Positions 24,754 to 32,000 of a stretch of 32,000 nucleotides of DNA are shown one piece after another; positions within the stretch are counted from its first letter, which is position 1; every line of letters starts with the position of its first letter. This DNA is from an uncultured archaeon (GTDB lineage Archaea; Asgardarchaeota; Thorarchaeia; Thorarchaeales; CAZPUN01), in contig CAZPUN010000012.1 of the NCBI GenBank assembly GCA_964589775.1, positions 12,115 to 44,114 on the forward strand. Direction: 5' to 3'. Both the position numbers and the translations under genes were made by a program. The notes under the pieces are model-generated. The model was not told the origin of the DNA. It did no database searches and saw only the letters and a list, made by a program, of their open reading frames with translations.

Positions 24754-25185
24754 TTAATTGATAACTACGTCGTCAATACCGAAGTGCCGCTTTGCTAACA
24801 TTCTCGCACGAGCAACATTCTTACCATTCTTTCCGATGGCAATTCCACGGTCTTCCGCAGATACTTTGACAAACGCAATTAGCTTCTCCTTAGTCTTAAC
24901 AATGTTTATAGATTCTACACGAGCCGGAGATAATGCATTCTCAATGAATTTTTCTGGCGTGTCTGATAGTTCAACGATATCAATCGGACGCCCTAGTTGC
25001 TCGCGAATTTTCTTAATGTTAGCGCCGCGTTTTCCAATTGCTTGACCTATATCTTCTGGTTTGACGACGAAGATGATTCTGCCTTCCTTATTATCAATGA
25101 TACAATCTTTTGCTACAGTTTTAGTAACATTTTCAAACAACATGAGGAGATTTAGTTCCTCGCTGGTTAATCTTATGCCTGACAT
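24754..25185 (-). CDS. nusA: Archaeal NusA (two KH domains)
   Basis: FE.VT...KDC, G.AIGKRG.NI, RG.AIGKNGKN..RA..LA.RHF. Sits between L30e and S12. Confidence 0.96.
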   Translation of the reverse strand: MSGIRLTSEELNLLMLFENVTKTVAKDCIIDNKEGRIIFVVKPEDIGQAIGKRGANIKKIREQLGRPIDIVELSDTPEKFIENALSPARVESINIVKTKEKLIAFVKVSAEDRGIAIGKNGKNVARARMLAKRHFGIDDVVIN

Positions 25186-25187
25186 TC

Positions 25188-26677
<1,490 letters not shown>

Positions 26678-29344
26678 TCAACCCTCTATCTTGATTTTTT
26701 CACGACCCAGAACTTTTTCTAAAATTATTTTAATATTAACAGCTTTTCCTTTATCGCTCTTCATTGGGTCAACACCGTCGTCACCATATTTGAATTGTAC
26801 AATTTTTCCAGATGCAGTACGAACAGTACCATCATGCTCAACTTTTATGTCTTGTAATGCAGTCATCAATCGTCTTTGCATATATCCACTTGTTGAAGTT
26901 CTAACTGCTGTGTCGACAAGACCTTCACGACCACCCATTGCATGGAAGAAGAACTCAATAGGATCTAAACCGATTCGATAGCTAGATGCAACAAAACCAT
27001 GTGACTTTGCGCCAAGATCTCCAGGTTCAAAATGGGGTAGTGTTCTACCAATATATCCACGTTTAATTCGTTTTCCACGTACGCTTTGTTGCCCGACACA
27101 AGCAGCCATCTGTGCAAGGTTTAGTTTACTTCCTCTAGCACCAGTAGATGCCATAATAACAGCTGTATTATCTAAACCGAGATATGAACCTGCAATTTCA
27201 CCTGATTTATCACGCGCTTCCCCAAGAACTTCAGTAATTCTATTCTCAAGTGTTTCTTCCAAGGTTCGTCCGGGTTGGCTTTCTAATTCTCCACGCAAAT
27301 ATGATTGAACTAATTCATTTACCTTATTTTCGGCTTCATCAAGAATTGCTTTTATTCTTAAGCGGGCTTCTCTACTTAGGTCCATATCATTAAGACCAAC
27401 ACTAAAACCACGTCTTGTAATAGCGCTAATTAACAATCTACCGATTGAATCCATAAATTCGCGAGCCTTTTTGGTTCCATATTCCTTGACAATACGATGG
27501 AACAAAGTGTTTGATACACCGGCTCCGAAAGTCTTCTTGTCAACAACTCCAAACAATAATTTACCATCTTTAATAACAACATACGAATCATATGGACAAT
27601 TTGCATATGTACATTCTGAGCAGTTTCGACAGACTTTTGATTTGTAGGACATTGTCAATCCTTTAGGTATGAATAAACTGAAGATTTGTTTGCCAGTCCA
27701 TAGAGGAATTGGTCTTAGAATAAGAGGATCTGGCAGTTTATCATCAATTCCTGCAGCCGCAAGAAGCTGTGATACTTCAGCTTTTGTAAATAATGATGTT
27801 TTTCTGGTTAATAGGAATCCTGAAGAAATATAATCCTGAAGTGCTCCGATTAATGGGCCTCCAAATCTTGGCGATAGAATTTGTTCTTGAACACGCATAA
27901 GAACACGAGCTTCAGCACGAGCTTCTTCGCTTTGTGGTACGTGCAAGTTCATTTCATCGCCATCAAAATCAGCATTATATGGTGGACATACAAATAAGCT
28001 TAATCTAAATGTACGGTAAGGCATCACACGAACTTCATGAGCCATGATTGACATACGATGCAATGAAGGCTGCCTATTAAATAATACAATATCACCGTCC
28101 TTGAGATGACGCTCAATAATAAAACCAGGTTCAAGAGATTCTGCAATTAATTTTCGGTCTTTTACAAAACGTAAGTCAATACGACGATTATCAGGTCGCA
28201 TTATGTAATTTGCACCAGGATGTTCATTTGGACCACGTAAAACAAGCTCGCGCATTTCATCAATATTCCATTCAGTAACACGTTCTGGGATAGTCAATAT
28301 CTTTGCGATCGCCTCTGGAACACCAACTTCATTCATCGAAATATTAGGATCTGGTGAAATAACCGTTCGAGCTGAGAAATCAACGCGCTTTCCAGATAAA
28401 TTCGAACGAAAACGACCTTCTTTACCTTTTAGTCTTTGTGCTAATGTCCTTAATGCCCTACCGGACCTATGTCGTGCTGGAGGAATACCTGAAACACCAT
28501 TATCAAAATATGTTGTAACGTGATATTGTAAAAGTTCCCAAAGGTCTTCTACAATTAAATGTGGAGCACCAGCATCTAGATTTTCACGTAATCTTTGATT
28601 TATACGAATAATATCAACCAGCTTATGAGTTAAGTCATCTTCAGATCGAACACCAGAGTCCAATGTGATAGATGGACGTACTGTAATTGGAGGTACAGGT
28701 AAAACTGTAAGTATTGCCCATTCCAAACGTGCAGTTTTTGGATTTATGCCCATCACGCGATAATCATCGTCTGAAATTTTCTCCAATCGATCTCGTATTT
28801 CGATGGGGGTAAGTCGAGATACTCCAAATTCAGTTTCCTCATAAATTGATGTTGGCTTTTCAAGCTTGATCTTTAATTGCTTCGCACCACAATGCGGGCA
28901 TTCTTTGACACCTGTAGCTTTGTCTAGTGCCTTTTTAGCAATTGCAACAGGAACCTCAGCACTAAGATCGTCATAATTTTTGATTTTACTAAGCATTAAT
29001 TGAATATCTTCTTCAGGAAGTAACAAACGATTGCATTCTCGACATGTTGCTTGTAAAACTTTTGTGATTATTTTCGCAAACTCTTCATGCATAACAGGTC
29101 GAGCTAATTCGATATGCCCGAAATGTCCAGGACATGAACCAACACGATTTCCACAAGTTTTGCATCTTTGACCAGGATCAATGACGCCTAATCGGCCATC
29201 CATTAATCCACCTTCGATGGGATAGCCATCTTCATCATACGTATCGGCAGCTACAATCTGAACTACAGACATTTTTCTAATTTCATCAGGTGATAGAATG
29301 CCAAACTTAATACTATCAATCATTTTAGGAAATTCAATGCTCAC
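26678..29344 (-). CDS. rpoA1: RNA polymerase subunit A' (Rpo1N)
   Basis: [34 protein letters not shown], catalytic [29 protein letters not shown] start. Confidence 0.99.
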   Translation of the reverse strand: MSIEFPKMIDSIKFGILSPDEIRKMSVVQIVAADTYDEDGYPIEGGLMDGRLGVIDPGQRCKTCGNRVGSCPGHFGHIELARPVMHEEFAKIITKVLQATCRECNRLLLPEEDIQLMLSKIKNYDDLSAEVPVAIAKKALDKATGVKECPHCGAKQLKIKLEKPTSIYEETEFGVSRLTPIEIRDRLEKISDDDYRVMGINPKTARLEWAILTVLPVPPITVRPSITLDSGVRSEDDLTHKLVDIIRINQRLRENLDAGAPHLIVEDLWELLQYHVTTYFDNGVSGIPPARHRSGRALRTLAQRLKGKEGRFRSNLSGKRVDFSARTVISPDPNISMNEVGVPEAIAKILTIPERVTEWNIDEMRELVLRGPNEHPGANYIMRPDNRRIDLRFVKDRKLIAESLEPGFIIERHLKDGDIVLFNRQPSLHRMSIMAHEVRVMPYRTFRLSLFVCPPYNADFDGDEMNLHVPQSEEARAEARVLMRVQEQILSPRFGGPLIGALQDYISSGFLLTRKTSLFTKAEVSQLLAAAGIDDKLPDPLILRPIPLWTGKQIFSLFIPKGLTMSYKSKVCRNCSECTYANCPYDSYVVIKDGKLLFGVVDKKTFGAGVSNTLFHRIVKEYGTKKAREFMDSIGRLLISAITRRGFSVGLNDMDLSREARLRIKAILDEAENKVNELVQSYLRGELESQPGRTLEETLENRITEVLGEARDKSGEIAGSYLGLDNTAVIMASTGARGSKLNLAQMAACVGQQSVRGKRIKRGYIGRTLPHFEPGDLGAKSHGFVASSYRIGLDPIEFFFHAMGGREGLVDTAVRTSTSGYMQRRLMTALQDIKVEHDGTVRTASGKIVQFKYGDDGVDPMKSDKGKAVNIKIILEKVLGREKIKIEG

Positions 29345-29357
29345 TCAAACTTACCCC

Positions 29358-32000
29358 CTAAATCTTATCCTTTAATCTTATACGTGGTGCAAGACCTAAG
29401 CTCATTAGTTCTTGTAGGAGTAATTTAAATGCATAACTAACTACAACTTTTGATATTTTTGCACGTTCCCCACAAATTGGACAATAATATACATCACGAT
29501 TACGGTCATAAACACCCATAAGACCACAATTTTCACAGACCAGCATGGTAGATTTATCTGATTCTTCAAGAAGGCGACCTTTTAATAGAATAGCCGCACC
29601 ATGACCAATAAGTACGTCACGTTCCATTTCACCAAATCGCAAACCGCCTTCTCTAGCTCTGCCTTCAGTGGGTTGCCTAGTAAGAATTTGTACTGGACCA
29701 CGAGCACGAGCATGAATTTTATCAGCAACCATATGGTGAAGCTTTTGATAATATACCACACCCATAAAAACATCTACAAGTAATTTTTCGCCACTCATTC
29801 CATTATACATTACTTCGCGACCATTATATTGCAAACCATGTTCATGTAGAATTCGCTTTAATTCTTCTTCTGGAGTTCCACTGAATGGTGTCCCATCAAT
29901 CGAATGCCCAGCCATTGCGCCGGCTTTTCCAGCGATAGATTCTAAAATTTGACCTAAAGTCATACGTGATGGAATAGCGTGCGGATTAATTATTAAATCA
30001 GGAACGATACCATCTTCCGTAAATGGCATATCTTCTTGTGGAATAATAAAGCCAATAACTCCTTTTTGACCGTGACGAGAAGCAAATTTATCTCCAAGTT
30101 CAGGAATACGTAGGTCTCGAACTTTTACTTTAACTAGCCGATTACCATCCATTGTTTCCGTAAGGATTACAGAATCGACAACACCAGATTCGCCATGGCG
30201 GACGCTAATAGAAGTTTCACGACGCATAGGCGTTGGAATTTCAAATTCGCTATACTCTTCAAGAAACCTTGGAGGACTTGTTCGCCCAATTAGAACGTCA
30301 CCGCCTTCGACTTCAACTTCAGGCGAAATGATACCATCGTCGTCTAATCTAGTATAAGACTCAAAAGCTCTATACCCACGGACACTTTTTTCGGGCACTT
30401 CAAATTTATCTTCCTGACCACCGGGATATTTTCGCTCTTCCGCTTCATATGTTCTAATAAATGAAGAACGGCCCCATCCGCGCTCGATCGATGCTTTATT
30501 TGCGATCAATGCGTCTTCAATATTGTATCCAGTATAACAAAGAATTGCAATTATCGCATTTTGCCCGGCAGGTCTACCAAGATATCCAATAGGTTTCATT
30601 GCACGTGTTGTAACAATGGGAGTTTGTGGATAATGCAAGAAATGAGTTCGTGTATCAACACGATATTTAAAGTTAGAGGGAGGAATACCAATAGCCTGTT
30701 TTGCCATTCCAGCTTCATAAGTATTTCTTGGTGATTGATTATGTTCAGCAAATGGAATAAGTGATGCACTAATACCAAGAATTGTACTTGGTTCAATTTC
30801 AAGATGTGTAGTTTTTGGTGTGATATCACTCGGAAATAGTGCAATTAATGCATTTTCTTCTTCTTCAGCATCAAGGAATTCAATAATACCATTTTCAACT
30901 AGATCATCAAAAGTCCATTCTTTATTTCTAATTTTCTCAATGTGTTCAGGTTTTAATAGACTTTCACCGTTTTTGACAATAATAAGAGGTCTACGTGCAC
31001 GACCCGAATCACAATTAACTTGCACTTCATGAGTATCATAATAATATGCAACATTTACTTGTGAGTTTAACTCACCTCTACGGCGCTTTGCGCGAATAGC
31101 TTCAACTAATGCTTCGGGCTGAGGATAAACGCCAATTAGACGTCCATTAAGAAATACATCTGAACCATGCTCACTTCGTACACCTTGAACTTCCTCGATA
31201 CGTGTAACACCAAATGCATAAAGTAAGTCTTCAATTTGCGATTCATCAGTTCCTACAGAGATATATGCCATTAATGCTAGATTTTTAACTAGACCACAAT
31301 TTGGCCCCTCAGGAGTCTCATTTGGACATATTTTACCCCAATGTGTACTATGAAGGTCTCTAGCTTCAAAATGTGGTTGACTCCGCATTAGTGGTGAGAT
31401 TACACGTCTCAAATGGCTCAAAGAAGAAATGAAATTAGTTCGGTCAAGTAATTGGCTTACACCTGCTTTTCCAACCCAATTACCGGTTGCAAGTGCATGC
31501 TTTAATCTCTGAGAAATAACATCTGCTCGAACTGCAGTACGTATATTTGGTTTTCTACCTCTAACGGCAGTTCGTTCTAGCTGATATTTGATATCGCGAG
31601 TTAAATTATATAATGCGGTTCTAAAGAGAATAAGTAATAGATCACCAGATAGTTTTAATCGCTTATTTGCATAATGATCTTTATCATCCGGCTTTCGCTT
31701 ACCTACAACGAGTTCAAGTAATCTTTGAGTCATCTGACCGAGATAGTATGCTTTTTTCAGGCGATCCTCGGGTTTATTGCCAATATGAGGTAATAGATAC
31801 TTATCTAGTATCTTTTCAGCACGTTTTAATCGATATTCTTTTGTTTGCCCAACAGCAACACGTTTTCCAATATAATCTAAAGCAGCCAATCTAAGATCAG
31901 GCTCATCACTTTCAGTTTTAAGAGGGGATGCTTGGTCCAATGTTGGAATTATTGCACGGCGAATATCAGGATCATTCGAAATTACACTTACAATATCCTT
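29358..32000 (-). CDS. rpoB: RNA polymerase subunit B (Rpo2), unsplit, 5'-truncated by the window edge
   Basis: The frame is open to base 32000. [60 protein letters not shown]-terminal zinc ribbon. Continuous across the region where euryarchaeal B''/B' are split. Confidence 0.99.
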   Translation of the reverse strand, partial: KDIVSVISNDPDIRRAIIPTLDQASPLKTESDEPDLRLAALDYIGKRVAVGQTKEYRLKRAEKILDKYLLPHIGNKPEDRLKKAYYLGQMTQRLLELVVGKRKPDDKDHYANKRLKLSGDLLLILFRTALYNLTRDIKYQLERTAVRGRKPNIRTAVRADVISQRLKHALATGNWVGKAGVSQLLDRTNFISSLSHLRRVISPLMRSQPHFEARDLHSTHWGKICPNETPEGPNCGLVKNLALMAYISVGTDESQIEDLLYAFGVTRIEEVQGVRSEHGSDVFLNGRLIGVYPQPEALVEAIRAKRRRGELNSQVNVAYYYDTHEVQVNCDSGRARRPLIIVKNGESLLKPEHIEKIRNKEWTFDDLVENGIIEFLDAEEEENALIALFPSDITPKTTHLEIEPSTILGISASLIPFAEHNQSPRNTYEAGMAKQAIGIPPSNFKYRVDTRTHFLHYPQTPIVTTRAMKPIGYLGRPAGQNAIIAILCYTGYNIEDALIANKASIERGWGRSSFIRTYEAEERKYPGGQEDKFEVPEKSVRGYRAFESYTRLDDDGIISPEVEVEGGDVLIGRTSPPRFLEEYSEFEIPTPMRRETSISVRHGESGVVDSVILTETMDGNRLVKVKVRDLRIPELGDKFASRHGQKGVIGFIIPQEDMPFTEDGIVPDLIINPHAIPSRMTLGQILESIAGKAGAMAGHSIDGTPFSGTPEEELKRILHEHGLQYNGREVMYNGMSGEKLLVDVFMGVVYYQKLHHMVADKIHARARGPVQILTRQPTEGRAREGGLRFGEMERDVLIGHGAAILLKGRLLEESDKSTMLVCENCGLMGVYDRNRDVYYCPICGERAKISKVVVSYAFKLLLQELMSLGLAPRIRLKDKI

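Noticed and set aside
27590-27635. Cys-rich insert in RpoA' ([13 protein letters not shown])
   Set aside because: A similar metal-binding segment is known in archaeal Rpo1N, so it is not novel.

Overview
AT-rich archaeal chromosome segment, densely packed with housekeeping genes. Unsplit RpoB, split RpoA'/A'', an S12-S7-EF1A-S10 cluster without EF-2, SmAP3 and GINS23-MCM point to the TACK/Asgard radiation; Asgard is plausible but is inference. Left third: the 3' part of a long 11-residue-repeat helical protein with a TrmB/PLD-like C-terminal domain, tRNA-Gly, then a replication cluster (cdc6, wHTH, truA, rfcL/rfcS, gins23, mcm, hel308). Middle: RNA-processing and uncharacterised genes (intron-containing tRNA-Pro, thpR, COG1223-like AAA ATPase, UPF0200 kinase, UPF0201, trmG10, GPN GTPase, tRNA-Glu, orphan korB/korC, SmAP3). 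Right: L3-L4-L23-L2, archease, intron-containing tRNA-Ser and the rpoB-A'-A''-L30e-nusA-S12-S7-tuf-S10 cluster. No mobile element, CRISPR array or intein was seen. The most interesting signals are non-coding. (1) A candidate box C/D guide RNA at 1400-1480 whose D guide predicts Cm34 of tRNA-Leu(CAA). (2) Two tRNAs with non-canonical D-loop introns, each beside a tRNA-splicing-related gene (ThpR, archease). (3) C33 in place of the invariant U33 in tRNA-Pro(GGG). (4) Structured regions with a shared motif upstream of rpl3 and tuf.
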